A stretch of 64,000 nt of DNA from Alphaproteobacteria bacterium (GCA_965203915.1 OZ241918.1:268613-332612); one strand, 5' to 3'; positions 9,891 through 19,940 are shown, counted from the first letter of the stretch. Notes: generated by a model not told the origin, from the sequence alone. Program-made: numbers and translations.

Positions 9891-11555
9891 TTACATCATC
9901 GGCGGCGACGTGTCCTCTCCCTGCTTATTTTTATTGGCATCATCATCTCGCTTTGCGCGGGGGTTGTCGTGTCCCTTGCCAGCAAAAAAATTTCGCCACA
10001 GATCCTGTATATCGGTTATTATAGACAGATAAGAAATATTTTGCCATAGGCTATTATTAATATTTATCTTGCTTTGCAACCAATCCATGATTTGCTGCAT
10101 AATGTCTGTTAATATCCGTTTGCGTGATTGCTCGCTTTCCCTATGCCAATGTTGCAACAGATAAATTAATCGCGCCTGCGGTGTATAATTTTTTCTTAAC
10201 CAATTTTTCATGAATGGTTCTGACAATTGCCAAATATTCTTCTTGGTCGATAATTGGCGCGACAACCCTTCGGCCATCATGATTGTTTTATGCAAAAGCA
10301 AAAGGTGGGTGCGTGGCCGCATGCCAAATTGCCGAAGGATCTGAAACAAATGTGGCAAAAATTTTGCCAAGGATATTTCGCTGGTATTTTTTATCAACCA
10401 AATTTCACCAATACCGCGCAACGCCGAAACGAATTCTTGGTGGATGTGACTGTTGTTTTTGTCGTTCGGCAACAAACCTATCTTTTCATGGGCGCGCGCC
10501 ACCTTTTCATAATCTCTTTCTAAAAAACCTGACATGGCTTCGGCCAAAAAAAATTGATAATCACGGTTGATACGCCCCATGATGCCGAAATCTATCGGAA
10601 TAATCTGCCCCGTTTTGGTAAAAAACAAATTACCAGGGTGCAGGTCGGCATGAAAAAAACCATCGCGAAAAACCTGTAAGAAAAAAACGTCTGAGGCTAT
10701 GGCCAATAATTTTTCTTTATCCAAATTGTAACGTTTAAAACTTGCCTCATCATCCAAACGGAAACCATCAACCCATTCCAAGGTTAGAACATTTTCTGAT
10801 ACCCCTTGCCAAAAAATCTGTGGCACATAAAATTTTTCGTGAATATCATTGCTGGTATATTCTTTATAATTTTCTTGCGCTTGAAAATTATCGCGCAATT
10901 CGGCGGCCGACGATGCTTCGTTTCTTAGGTTTAATTCTTTGGCGGTTATATCTTCGAACGTTTTAACCATCGACGCAACATTTATCAATTTTGCGAAGGA
11001 AGAAAATTTTTCTATCCATTCTGCAAAATTTTTTAAACGTCTGACATCGCGCAAAAACAATTGCCTAATACGTGGGCGCAGTATTTTAACCGCCACCTTC
11101 CTGCCTAAAAACTCGGCACTATAAACCCCCGCGATGGAGGCCGCGGCTATCGGCTGGCTGTTAAAACTGGTGAACATGGTTTCGACGGGCATGCCAAAAT
11201 CTTGTTTGATAGTCCTTTTGACATGGGCGAAGGAGAAGGCAGGCAACCTATCTTGTAAACTAGCCAGGGCGAGGGCGACATCGTGCCCGACAACATCGGC
11301 GCGCAAAGAAAGCCCCTGGCCAAATTTGATAGCAATCGGCCCAAGGGCGAGCAGGGCGCGATTCAAATTTTCGCCGCGGTCATGGCGCAAGCGAAAAAAA
11401 ATCGATAGCGGAAAAAACACCACCACCAGCCCATGGTAAAGGATAGGTTTTAAAAAAGGGCGAAACACCCACAAGGAATCAAACAAGCCAAAGACAAAAA
11501 TAATTTTGCCCAGGAAACCAATGGCGTCGAGCAACGAAAAGAATTTTCTTATCAT
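9891..11555 (-). CDS. ubiB: Ubiquinone biosynthesis protein kinase UbiB (ABC1/ADCK family), with a K/D-rich C-terminal tail.
   Basis: N-terminus LALGPIAIKFGQGLSLRADVVGHDV, AASIAGVYSAEF, and the kinase-like HADLHPGNLFF with IPIDFGIMG. Confidence 0.88.
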   Translation of the reverse strand: MIRKFFSLLDAIGFLGKIIFVFGLFDSLWVFRPFLKPILYHGLVVVFFPLSIFFRLRHDRGENLNRALLALGPIAIKFGQGLSLRADVVGHDVALALASLQDRLPAFSFAHVKRTIKQDFGMPVETMFTSFNSQPIAAASIAGVYSAEFLGRKVAVKILRPRIRQLFLRDVRRLKNFAEWIEKFSSFAKLINVASMVKTFEDITAKELNLRNEASSAAELRDNFQAQENYKEYTSNDIHEKFYVPQIFWQGVSENVLTLEWVDGFRLDDEASFKRYNLDKEKLLAIASDVFFLQVFRDGFFHADLHPGNLFFTKTGQIIPIDFGIMGRINRDYQFFLAEAMSGFLERDYEKVARAHEKIGLLPNDKNNSHIHQEFVSALRGIGEIWLIKNTSEISLAKFLPHLFQILRQFGMRPRTHLLLLHKTIMMAEGLSRQLSTKKNIWQLSEPFMKNWLRKNYTPQARLIYLLQHWHRESEQSRKRILTDIMQQIMDWLQSKININNSLWQNISYLSIITDIQDLWRNFFAGKGHDNPRAKRDDDANKNKQGEDTSPPMM

Positions 11556-13009
11556 ATTTTTTTTATGGTTTGGGTGGTTAACAGCGGCGCCAGCAGGTCC
11601 CTAGCATAACAGCCGCGGTCGCGAAATATAAACCATGGCTTCAAATCAAGCAACGGCTGCAAAACAAAGGCGCGTTCAAAAGCCAAGGCATGGGGAATGG
11701 TAAGGTTATCGGACGCAAGGGTTTGTTCGCCATAGGCAATAATATCCAAATCTATCGGGCGGGGTTGGTTGCGGGCGGTGGTTTCCTCCCGACCCAAAGA
11801 TTTTTCTATGGTTTTTAATTCGGCGAGCAATTGATGGGGTTCTTGCGGCCCATGATATAGCAACGCGCCGTTTAAAAAATCCTGTTGGTCTTGGTTATAT
11901 TGCGGCGCGGTTTGATAAAGCGGTGATATTTTTTGCACCTTACCAATTTTATTCAAGGCGGCAACGGCGCGCCGAATATTTTTTTTCCTATCGCCCATGT
12001 TGCTACCCACCGCAATAATATAGTCAGGTTTTTTTGTAAATTGCAGTGCGCCGATGATGTTGGCCATGTCAAAGTTGGCGGCTATATCGTGAACGCGGAT
12101 GATGGCACCAATATTTTTTTGGAACAATCTTTTATGGGTTATATGTTGCAGGGCGGCGGTTTGCAACGCAACGCCGCCCATCACCCGCTCGCCAACTTTG
12201 CGCCCCAACAATTTGCCGATAAAACTCTTGCGGCTTAATCCCAATAACAACGGCACGCCAAATTTTTTATAATCGGCCATATGATTGATAAGGTAGAGCG
12301 AATCCTCGATTGATTTGCCAAAACCAAAACCAACATCCAAAACAATCTTGCTTTTGGGTAAGCCCGCCGCGGTAAATGTTTTTATCGCGTGGCGAAAAAA
12401 ATTATTAATATCCTGTAAATTTTTTGACCGTGGTTGCCCCTGGTAACTATGGCCCAACTGATTATTTTTTTCTACCAACATCTTGTCGGCGGCATTGTGC
12501 ATAACGATGTAGGCTAAAAGTTTTTCTTTATATTGCTTCAACACCGTCAACATTTCTTTGTCGCGTTCAAGGTTCCGCCCAAACCCAACATCATTAATAA
12601 TGGTGGCGCCCATCGCCAACATGGTGGCGGCGACCGCGGGTTTTTGCGTGTCAACACTGATGGGCAGGGATGGAAAATTTTTTGTGATAATTTTTACAAT
12701 GGGCATAAGCCGCGCTATTTCTTCTTCCATCGCCACGGGGGTTGCCCCTGGGCGCGTGCTTTCGGCCCCGACATCGATAATATCCATACCCTGACGCAAA
12801 TTATCGGTGATAATTTTTACCATCATGCCTTCATTCCACTGATGGCTGGTGGGTTTATTGATGATGGGCGACGTAATATTTTTTTCGGCGGGCATGGGTG
12901 TGGTTAGGTTCTTAACAACGCCATCGCCCGAAAAACTGTCGGGCGTAGCATTAAGGATAGCCATCACCAAAGGGCGTTGTTGGGTAGACAATAATTGTTG
13001 CAAGGTCAT
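11552..13009 (-). CDS. folP: Bifunctional dihydropteroate synthase (N-terminal) / 6-hydroxymethyl-7,8-dihydropterin pyrophosphokinase (C-terminal) fusion (FolP-FolK).
   Basis: The N-terminal half has ILNATPDSFSGDG, IIDVGAESTRPGA, ISVDTQKP, VLDVGFGFGKS and RVHDI (DHPS). The C-terminal half has IIAVGSNMGDR, PIDLDIIAYG and a FVLQPL-type HPPK signature. A 4-bp overlap with ubiB indicates one operon. Confidence 0.85.
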   Translation of the reverse strand: MTLQQLLSTQQRPLVMAILNATPDSFSGDGVVKNLTTPMPAEKNITSPIINKPTSHQWNEGMMVKIITDNLRQGMDIIDVGAESTRPGATPVAMEEEIARLMPIVKIITKNFPSLPISVDTQKPAVAATMLAMGATIINDVGFGRNLERDKEMLTVLKQYKEKLLAYIVMHNAADKMLVEKNNQLGHSYQGQPRSKNLQDINNFFRHAIKTFTAAGLPKSKIVLDVGFGFGKSIEDSLYLINHMADYKKFGVPLLLGLSRKSFIGKLLGRKVGERVMGGVALQTAALQHITHKRLFQKNIGAIIRVHDIAANFDMANIIGALQFTKKPDYIIAVGSNMGDRKKNIRRAVAALNKIGKVQKISPLYQTAPQYNQDQQDFLNGALLYHGPQEPHQLLAELKTIEKSLGREETTARNQPRPIDLDIIAYGEQTLASDNLTIPHALAFERAFVLQPLLDLKPWFIFRDRGCYARDLLAPLLTTQTIKKI

Positions 13010-13034
13010 TAAATCTATGGTTTATTTCTATAGC

Positions 13035-13382
13035 ATGGCAGATTATAAAATTCATTTGAAAAACATACGGCTGATGATGTCGTTGGGTATTAATCCCGAA
13101 GAAAAAACGCGCCCCCAAGCGGTGCTGATGGATGTTGCATTGCATTGCGACCGACCACGCCAATTTGTTATCGACCAAGTGGTGGATTATGATTCCTTGT
13201 TGCAATCGATTACAAATTGTTGTGGCGCGCGGCATTATGATCTGGTGGAAGAATTGGCGGATGTCATCGCCGACCATTGTCTAAGTCTGCACGGCGTTCA
13301 ATCGGTCAAAATAAATATTACCAAACCCGAAGCCTTGCAAGGCAAAGCCATGCCCATGATAACCTGGAAAAAATCGATATAA
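13035..13382 (+). CDS. folB: Dihydroneopterin aldolase.
   Basis: MADYKIHLKNIRLMMSLGINPEEKTRPQAVLMDVAL... FolB fold. Divergent from folPK across about 25 bp. Confidence 0.8.
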   Translation: MADYKIHLKNIRLMMSLGINPEEKTRPQAVLMDVALHCDRPRQFVIDQVVDYDSLLQSITNCCGARHYDLVEELADVIADHCLSLHGVQSVKINITKPEALQGKAMPMITWKKSI

Positions 13383-13443
13383 TTGATGGGTTTGGCGCGG
13401 TATGGCAGGGATTACCCCGCGCCATGCAAATAACGAAGTGGCG

Positions 13444-14085
13444 TTAAGAAAGTTTTTTGACAAAATCTATCAAGCCTATTTGGCGGTCTAATTTTTGGCG
13501 TTCGGCATGCAAGATGGATTGCACTTGATGGATAGAATTTTCTAAATTATCGTTGATGATGCAATATTCATATTCTTGAAAATGCGCCATTTCTGCCGCC
13601 GAATCCTTCATGCGGCGTTGCACCACGGCTTCATCATCCTGGGCGCGTTTTTTTAACCGCGACAACAATTCTTGGCGTGACGGCGGCAAAATAAATATCC
13701 TGACGACATCCTTGGTCATTTTTTCGTGCAATTGTTGGGTGCCCTGCCAATCGATGTCGAATAACAAATCGCGACCATTTTCCAATTCTTCTTCGACCAC
13801 TTTTTTGGGGGTGCCATAATAATTATCAAACACTTTGGCCCATTCTAACAATTCGCCTTTATCGCGCATTGCGATAAAATCGGCTTCGTTGATGAAACGG
13901 TAATCAACGCCATCAACCTCACCCGCGCGTGGTTTGCGTGTGGTGACCGAAACCGACAAGGTTAAGTTTTCCTCGCGCCCAATCAACGCACGGGTGATGG
14001 ATGTTTTGCCCGCGCCCGACGGCGATGACAACACCAATAACAAACCACGGTATTTTATAAAATCTTGGGGCAATCTTGCGGACAT
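13444..14085 (-). CDS. gmk: Guanylate kinase. Start set at the internal Met MSARLP to avoid overlap with mltG.
   Basis: P-loop SSPSGAGKTS, and the guanylate kinase core TTRKPRAGEVDGVDYRF. Confidence 0.88.
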   Translation of the reverse strand: MSARLPQDFIKYRGLLLVLSSPSGAGKTSITRALIGREENLTLSVSVTTRKPRAGEVDGVDYRFINEADFIAMRDKGELLEWAKVFDNYYGTPKKVVEEELENGRDLLFDIDWQGTQQLHEKMTKDVVRIFILPPSRQELLSRLKKRAQDDEAVVQRRMKDSAAEMAHFQEYEYCIINDNLENSIHQVQSILHAERQKLDRQIGLIDFVKKLS

Positions 14086-14110
14086 TATCAATTCTTTCAC
14101 GATATAACAA

Positions 14111-15085
14111 TTAGGGTTTACCAATAATATATTTATTAATATTTTTTTGATGGTCAGCAAAATTGGTGGCAAACTCATGCCCGCCTTTGCCATTGGCAAC
14201 AAAATACAAATAGCTGTTTCGTTCGGGCCTGGCTATGGCGCGTAAGGTTTCTTTGCTAGGGCAGGCAATGGGCGTAATGGGCAAGCCGTAATTGGTGTAG
14301 GTGTTCCAAGGACTTTTTTTCTTGAGGTCTTTGATGTAAAGTTTGCGATTCAATTCGCCCAAACCATTGCTTAAACCATAAATCACGGTGGGGTCGGTTT
14401 CTAACCTCATTCCTTTTTTTAAACGGTTGATAAAAACGCCAGCCACCCGTGCTTTTTCGCTTTTGATAGCCGTTTCGCGTTCGACCAAACTGGCAAGGGT
14501 CAGGAACTCTTTTTGATTTTTGATGTAGAGACTGATGCTAGGATCCCGCAACGCCCAATTATTTTCCAATTCATCGTTCATCGCCTTGGCCATTTTATCA
14601 ATCAGGTCTTGTTTTTTTGTGCCGCGGCGATAGGCATAACTATTGGGTAGGAGGCTTCCCTCGGCTGGCAACTTGGCTATATTGCCAGTTAAATAGCGGG
14701 TGCGCTGCATTTCTTGCACAACTTTTTTGACCGTCCAACCTTCTATCAACACAAATACTTCTTCGATGGTGCGCCCCGCAACGATATTATCAAGCACCCG
14801 ATAGGCTGATACTTGACCATAAAATCGGTAGTCGCCCGTTTTCAGAAGATTCTGGTCGCCCTGCATATAAGCTAGGATCTTAAAACCGAGATTCGACCTG
14901 ATGACGCCATTGTTTTTTAAAATAGTCGCAACATTATCAAGCGTGGCACCGTTGGGGATAGAAACCTCTTTATCAACCCTTACATTGCCAAAAAAATAGC
15001 AGAGCAAAAAAACAAGCAGCGCGATGCTGGTTTGCAAAACAACCAACTTCCTAGAAAATAATGAAATTTTTTGCTTCATTGCCAA
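14111..15085 (-). CDS. mltG: Endolytic murein transglycosylase MltG (YceG family).
   Basis: N-terminal TM helix, YceG-like core, YLYFVANGKGGHEFATNFADHQKNI. Confidence 0.85.
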   Translation of the reverse strand: MAMKQKISLFSRKLVVLQTSIALLVFLLCYFFGNVRVDKEVSIPNGATLDNVATILKNNGVIRSNLGFKILAYMQGDQNLLKTGDYRFYGQVSAYRVLDNIVAGRTIEEVFVLIEGWTVKKVVQEMQRTRYLTGNIAKLPAEGSLLPNSYAYRRGTKKQDLIDKMAKAMNDELENNWALRDPSISLYIKNQKEFLTLASLVERETAIKSEKARVAGVFINRLKKGMRLETDPTVIYGLSNGLGELNRKLYIKDLKKKSPWNTYTNYGLPITPIACPSKETLRAIARPERNSYLYFVANGKGGHEFATNFADHQKNINKYIIGKP

Positions 15086-15132
15086 GCCATAGCAAGGATT
15101 CTTAACCTAAGCAATTTTTGCTTAATCCGTTA

Positions 15133-16395
15133 TTATACCCGCCCAAATATGACCGAGGCATTGGTGCCGCCAAAACCAAAGCTGTTCGACATGGCAAAAT
15201 TGACCTGCCTATCTTGGGCGACCTTGGCAACCAAATTTAAATCACAACCTTCGGATGGGTTATCCAAATTGATGGTTGGTGGCAAGGTGCCAGTTTCGAT
15301 AGCTTTCAAAGTGAAGATGGCCTCAATCGCGCCCGCCCCACCCAACAAATGCCCGGTGGCCGATTTGGTGGAAGACATGGCCAATTTGTAGGCATGGTCA
15401 GCAAATAATGACTTAACCGCCTTAAGCTCAATTTCGTCGCCCAAGGGGGTTGAGGTGCCATGGGCGTTGATGTAATCAATTTTTTCTTTGGCAAGGTTGC
15501 CCATGCTGAGGGCTTGGCGCATGGCGCGGAAACCACCGTTGCCATCGGGCGGTGGCGCGGTTAAATGGTGGGCGTCGCCCGACAAACCATAAGAAACCAC
15601 TTCGCCATAGATTTTGGCACCGCGTTTTTTGGCATGTTCATATTCTTCTAACACCATCATGCCCGAACCTTCACCCATGACAAAACCATCCCTATCTTTA
15701 TCCCACGGGCGCGATGCCTTTTCTGGGGTTTCGTTGTATTTGGTGGAAAGGGCGCGCGCCGAACAAAACCCCGCAATACCGATAGGGCAGATGGCGGCCT
15801 CCGCCCCGCCCGCCAACATAATATCGGCATAACCGTCGCGAATAAACCTCATCGAATCGCCAATGGCGTGGGTGCTGCTGGCGCAGGCGGTGGCAACCGC
15901 ATGGTTAGGCCCTTGCCAACCATATTTTATCGAAATAAAACCAGCCACCAAATTGACCAAATTGGCGGGAATAAAAAATGGGCTCAAACGCCGTGGACCT
16001 TTTTCTTTTACCTCTATCGAACCGCTTTCGATGCCTGGCAAACCACCGATGCCCGAACCAATCATCACCCCCGCCCGTTCGCGGGTGGCGGCGGGCAAAT
16101 CGAGCAAGCCAGCATCCTCCACCGCCATGCTGGCGGCGGCAAACCCATATTGGATGAAGGGGTCCATTTTTTTCTGTTCTTTGAATTCTATCCATTCGTT
16201 GGGGTCAAATTTGTTGTCGGCCTTGCCGCCGCGGGGAACCTCCCCCGCGATACGCGACGCCATGGATGAGGCGTCAAAACGGGTGATTTTACCAATACCC
16301 GATACGCCCTTTAATAATTTTTCCCACACATGGTCAACGCCAACCCCAAGTGGACTGACTATTCCCATACCTGTTACCACGACGCGTCTTGACAT
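15133..16395 (-). CDS. fabF: 3-oxoacyl-ACP synthase II.
   Basis: VVVTGMGIVSPLG; the active-site Cys in AVATACASSTHAIG; His-containing NAHGTSTPLGD and KSATGHLLGGAG motifs. Confidence 0.93.
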   Translation of the reverse strand: MSRRVVVTGMGIVSPLGVGVDHVWEKLLKGVSGIGKITRFDASSMASRIAGEVPRGGKADNKFDPNEWIEFKEQKKMDPFIQYGFAAASMAVEDAGLLDLPAATRERAGVMIGSGIGGLPGIESGSIEVKEKGPRRLSPFFIPANLVNLVAGFISIKYGWQGPNHAVATACASSTHAIGDSMRFIRDGYADIMLAGGAEAAICPIGIAGFCSARALSTKYNETPEKASRPWDKDRDGFVMGEGSGMMVLEEYEHAKKRGAKIYGEVVSYGLSGDAHHLTAPPPDGNGGFRAMRQALSMGNLAKEKIDYINAHGTSTPLGDEIELKAVKSLFADHAYKLAMSSTKSATGHLLGGAGAIEAIFTLKAIETGTLPPTINLDNPSEGCDLNLVAKVAQDRQVNFAMSNSFGFGGTNASVIFGRV

Positions 16396-16518
16396 AATAT
16401 TCTCTCAATCAATCATTCATTACTGGATGGTTATATTGTTGTTTTTAAATTTTTCGAACTATAATCTAAAACATGGCGAAAATCAATATAGTGGGGCAAT
16501 GCCCCTGATATAAAAAAA

Positions 16519-16556
16519 AACAACAACGGCACAAAATGCCGTTATTGTTTTTTTTT
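16519..16556 (-). terminator. Hairpin (aacggca...tgccgtt) flanked by A/T runs between acpP and fabF; an intrinsic terminator or attenuator downstream of acpP.
   Basis: Inverted repeat of about 7 bp followed by a T-run on the minus strand (an A-run on plus precedes it). Confidence 0.5.
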
Positions 16557-16576
16557 GAAAAAAATGAATAGCAGAA

Positions 16577-16813
16577 CTATTTAGCTTTTTCAGACAGCAA
16601 TGTAATTGCATCGCCAACCGTGGCAATTTTTTGCGCGGCTTCGTCAGGAATTTCGCAATTAAATTCTTCTTCAAAAGCGAAAACCAACTCAACAGTGTCA
16701 AGCGAATCGGCACCCAAATCGTCAATAAAGCGCGCGGTGGGAATCACCTTCGCTTCTTCGACGCCCAAATGATCGATAATAACTTTCTTAACACGACTTT
16801 CAATGTCACTCAT
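16577..16813 (-). CDS. acpP: Acyl carrier protein.
   Basis: [19 protein letters not shown] phosphopantetheine-attachment motif; 78 aa. Confidence 0.95.
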   Translation of the reverse strand: MSDIESRVKKVIIDHLGVEEAKVIPTARFIDDLGADSLDTVELVFAFEEEFNCEIPDEAAQKIATVGDAITLLSEKAK

Positions 16814-17077
16814 GATACGATACCTCTTGTGAAATAATAGTAATATGTTGGTTTGGCATGATAATAATTATTATAACAATTTATGTCATAACGACTATCA
16901 GTGGCCATTCTAAAAAAGCAACCAGCGATAGATTAGACCGCTTGCGGTGATTTTTCATAGAACACCTATTTAATACCCACCTTTAGGGCAAAAAGCAAGA
17001 AAAAAAACCTTATGAATTTTTGACGGTAATAAAAAAATATAATAAAAAAAAATTTTTCTATATTTTAATATTTTTTA

Positions 17078-18184
17078 TTAAGCAGGCAAACGACCATAAA
17101 GGCGTAGGCGCGACACCCCACCGTCGGGGAATATTTTTAACCTGATGTGCGACACGACATCGATATTTTTTATATTTTTTTTATCAAACATATGAATATG
17201 GTCGGCCTGTAATTTTTGGGGTGGTAACAGCAATTGCCAATCCAGCTTATCATTTTTTAATAATTCTTCGTCGCTTATATTGTTATTTAATCTGACGCCT
17301 TCCAAGGTGCAACTGTCGGGGTAATTGCCTTTGTAATGGGCGGTATCAACCATTACTTTTTCAATAATCCCTTCATGCGCCAGGGCCAGTATCAACCAAT
17401 CATGGCTGGGCAAATTGCGTTGGCGACGCGTTTCCCACCCGTCACCCATGTTGATGGCGCGCCGTTCCGCCAACAATGACGAAACATTGCCGTAATGGGC
17501 GTCGTTATAACCAACCACGCGCCCGCCATATTTTAACGCCGAAAGTTCAATATCGTGATGCCCCTTTTTTGCTTCCCAGTCGCATTTTGGTTCGCCATAA
17601 ACCCGAAACCGCGCCACACCCCCGTCGGGGAATATGGACAGGCGCAAAATATTAAATTCATGGGGGTTATTGATGGTAAAGAAATGATACGAATCGCCCT
17701 GCAAACTAACCTTCGCCAGCAACGGTTGCCATTTGATATTGTCCAGGGTTTTTTGGCAATCTTTTTTATTGGCTAATTTTTTGTCGTCAACAATGGCGGC
17801 CTCCACCATGGCTTCGGGTGGAAAATTGCCCGTGAAGAAATGGGTATGGATTCCCAAACCGTGAATAACCCCGCGCGCGCCCAAACGCACAATCGCGTGG
17901 TCGTGCCCGCCGTGGCGGCGGCGGCGGGTTTCCCACCCGTCCATCCATTTGCCATGGTCGTCATATTTATCGGGGAAAAACAATGGTTCGTGGTCTTGAA
18001 TCATGCGCGCGCCGTTGGCAAAAAATTCGTCGCTGACCGCCATGACCGCGGCCCCCATGACGGGGCTGGCCAAATTGTGATGGCGCGTGGTGAATGACGG
18101 CGGATTTTTGGCGGGCGGCGGGGTTAGGGCGGGGCGTTGCGGCGCGGTTGATAATTCGGGTTGGTTATTTTTTTTATTGGTCAT
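17078..18184 (-). CDS. alc: Allantoicase-like protein (two allantoicase repeats), with a Pro-rich N-terminal extension.
   Basis: Internally duplicated motifs DGWETRRRRHGGHD / DGWETRRQRNLPSHD and IFPDGGVARFRVYG / IFPDGGVSRLRLYG, as in the two-repeat allantoicase family. Confidence 0.65.
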   Translation of the reverse strand: MTNKKNNQPELSTAPQRPALTPPPAKNPPSFTTRHHNLASPVMGAAVMAVSDEFFANGARMIQDHEPLFFPDKYDDHGKWMDGWETRRRRHGGHDHAIVRLGARGVIHGLGIHTHFFTGNFPPEAMVEAAIVDDKKLANKKDCQKTLDNIKWQPLLAKVSLQGDSYHFFTINNPHEFNILRLSIFPDGGVARFRVYGEPKCDWEAKKGHHDIELSALKYGGRVVGYNDAHYGNVSSLLAERRAINMGDGWETRRQRNLPSHDWLILALAHEGIIEKVMVDTAHYKGNYPDSCTLEGVRLNNNISDEELLKNDKLDWQLLLPPQKLQADHIHMFDKKNIKNIDVVSHIRLKIFPDGGVSRLRLYGRLPA

Positions 18185-18348
18185 GGGTGTTGTGTCGCCA
18201 GATGCTTTATAGCCAGTTTTGTTGATATTCCGTGGTTTGTAATATATTTATTTCATTCCCCTAACAAAAATTTACCTTGAAAGCAATCACCAGAAAAACT
18301 ATAAATCAAACCATAGATAAAACCTTAAGCTTAAAACAAGCAAAAACC

Positions 18349-19221
18349 ATGAGTAACAAATTAGCCGAAATTTTTGCCAGCAAAGAAAAGCAGGTGATGA
18401 ACGCCATGCAACAAACCCCCATGGCCACCATGATGGAGCAAGCCCATGCCCGCCCGCGTGCCGATGGCACGGCGCATGTTGATACCATGGCGCATGGCCC
18501 ACGAAAAATCGGTCGGAAATTTCATTCTTTGCACCATGCGTTGCGCGACGCCGCGGCGGCGCAAACCATGCCGTTGATAGCCGAATTAAAAAAATCATCG
18601 CCATCGCGCGGGGTGATAAGGCAGGATTTTTCGGTGATTAATTTGGCGCAAGATTATTTGTCGGCGGGGGCAACCGCCCTGAGCATTTTAACCGAAACCG
18701 AACAATTCCATGGGTCGATGCAATATTTGAAAGATGTTGCCAGCATGACCCAAAAACCCATTTTACAAAAAGATTTTATTTTTTGCGATTACCAAATTTA
18801 CCAGGCGGCGGCGCATGGCGCCGATGCTATTTTGCTTATCCTGTCGCACCTTGACGATAAAACCGCGCGCCAGTTAGAAAAAACCGCCCTGACCCTAGGG
18901 CTGGATGTTTTGTTGGAAACCCATTCGCCCGACGAAATTGCCCGCGCCAACGACATGGAATCAAGATTGGTTGGGGTGAATAATCGCAATTTAAAAGATT
19001 TGACGGTATCGCTAAACGATGGCGAAAAAATGTTGGCGATGATAGGCAAAGAAAAATTGCCGATAGCCGAAAGTGGTTTGTCATCCCCCGCCGATATAAA
19101 AAAAATGTGGGCGGCGGGGGCGCGCGGTTTTTTAATCGGCGAATATTTTATGAAACAGCCCGATGTGTTTGTTGCCTGTCACGCCATGATTCATTCGTCA
19201 AACCCATTGTTATTTACATAA
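18349..19221 (+). CDS. trpC: Indole-3-glycerol phosphate synthase. The annotated ORF starts at 18277; the start was set at the internal Met. The N-terminal region is about 30 aa longer than usual (GC-rich insert).
   Basis: IAELKKSSPSRGVIRQDF, the (beta/alpha)8 motifs FIFCDYQIYQA, ADAILLIL and LLETHS. Confidence 0.85.
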   Translation: MSNKLAEIFASKEKQVMNAMQQTPMATMMEQAHARPRADGTAHVDTMAHGPRKIGRKFHSLHHALRDAAAAQTMPLIAELKKSSPSRGVIRQDFSVINLAQDYLSAGATALSILTETEQFHGSMQYLKDVASMTQKPILQKDFIFCDYQIYQAAAHGADAILLILSHLDDKTARQLEKTALTLGLDVLLETHSPDEIARANDMESRLVGVNNRNLKDLTVSLNDGEKMLAMIGKEKLPIAESGLSSPADIKKMWAAGARGFLIGEYFMKQPDVFVACHAMIHSSNPLLFT

Positions 19222-19239
19222 AACCACGCGCCCAAAATC

Positions 19240-19758
19240 ATGACCGATAAAAAATTACCCGCCGAAGCATCACCACCATCATCGCCCCAGTTGTCGCATG
19301 TAACCCCAAGCGGGAAGGCGGCGATGGTCGACGTATCGCAAAAACCCGAAACCGCCCGCATGGCGCGCGCCATGGCACGGGTGGTGATGAAACCCGAAAC
19401 CATTATCGCCATCAAAAATAATAATATAAAAAAGGGCGATGTTTTAACCGTTGCCAAATTGGCGGGCATCAACGGTGCCAAAAAAACATTCGACCTTATT
19501 CCATTGTGCCACCCTTTGGCTTTATCCTACATCGATGTTGATGCAATAATTGACGGCGACCAAGCGGTGGTGATTACCGCCATAACCAAAACATTTGGCC
19601 GCACGGGGGTAGAGATGGAGGCCATGACCGCGGTTAGCGTGGCCGCCCTCACCCTTTACGACATGGTAAAAGCCATCGACAAAACCGCCACCATCACCGA
19701 CATAAAATTGTTGGAAAAATCGGGCGGCAAGTCGGGGCATTCATTATATGAGCCCTAA
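19240..19758 (+). CDS. moaC: Cyclic pyranopterin monophosphate synthase MoaC.
   Basis: LSHVTPSGKAAMVDVSQKPETAR...KGDVLTVAKLAGINGAKKTFDLIPLCHPL...GVEMEAMTAVSVAALTLYDM. Confidence 0.9.
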   Translation: MTDKKLPAEASPPSSPQLSHVTPSGKAAMVDVSQKPETARMARAMARVVMKPETIIAIKNNNIKKGDVLTVAKLAGINGAKKTFDLIPLCHPLALSYIDVDAIIDGDQAVVITAITKTFGRTGVEMEAMTAVSVAALTLYDMVKAIDKTATITDIKLLEKSGGKSGHSLYEP

Positions 19759-19885
19759 CGCTGACGCTACTTGAGGGCGGGTTCTGCCCTAACGCTTCGT
19801 TGCTTCAGGGCGCATTATATTAAGCCCTATCGCTGACGCTACTTGCTAGGCGTTGCCTAGAACCAAGCTTTTACCGCTTCTGGGC
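19750..19885. repeat. Mosaic palindromic repeat element (module A, gccctaacgctgacgctacttgagggc-like, x3, plus module B, ctaggcgttgcctagaaccaagcttttaccgcttctgggctt). The moaC stop codon lies inside the element.
   Basis: Shares modules with the copies at 22655-22810, 24885-24990, 41497-41665, 45362-45400 and 56402-56720. Confidence 0.8.
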
Positions 19886-19940
19886 TTCGGGGGTAATTAT
19901 TTTATTGCTATCCTAGGACGAATCTTTTTATGGTTGGGGA

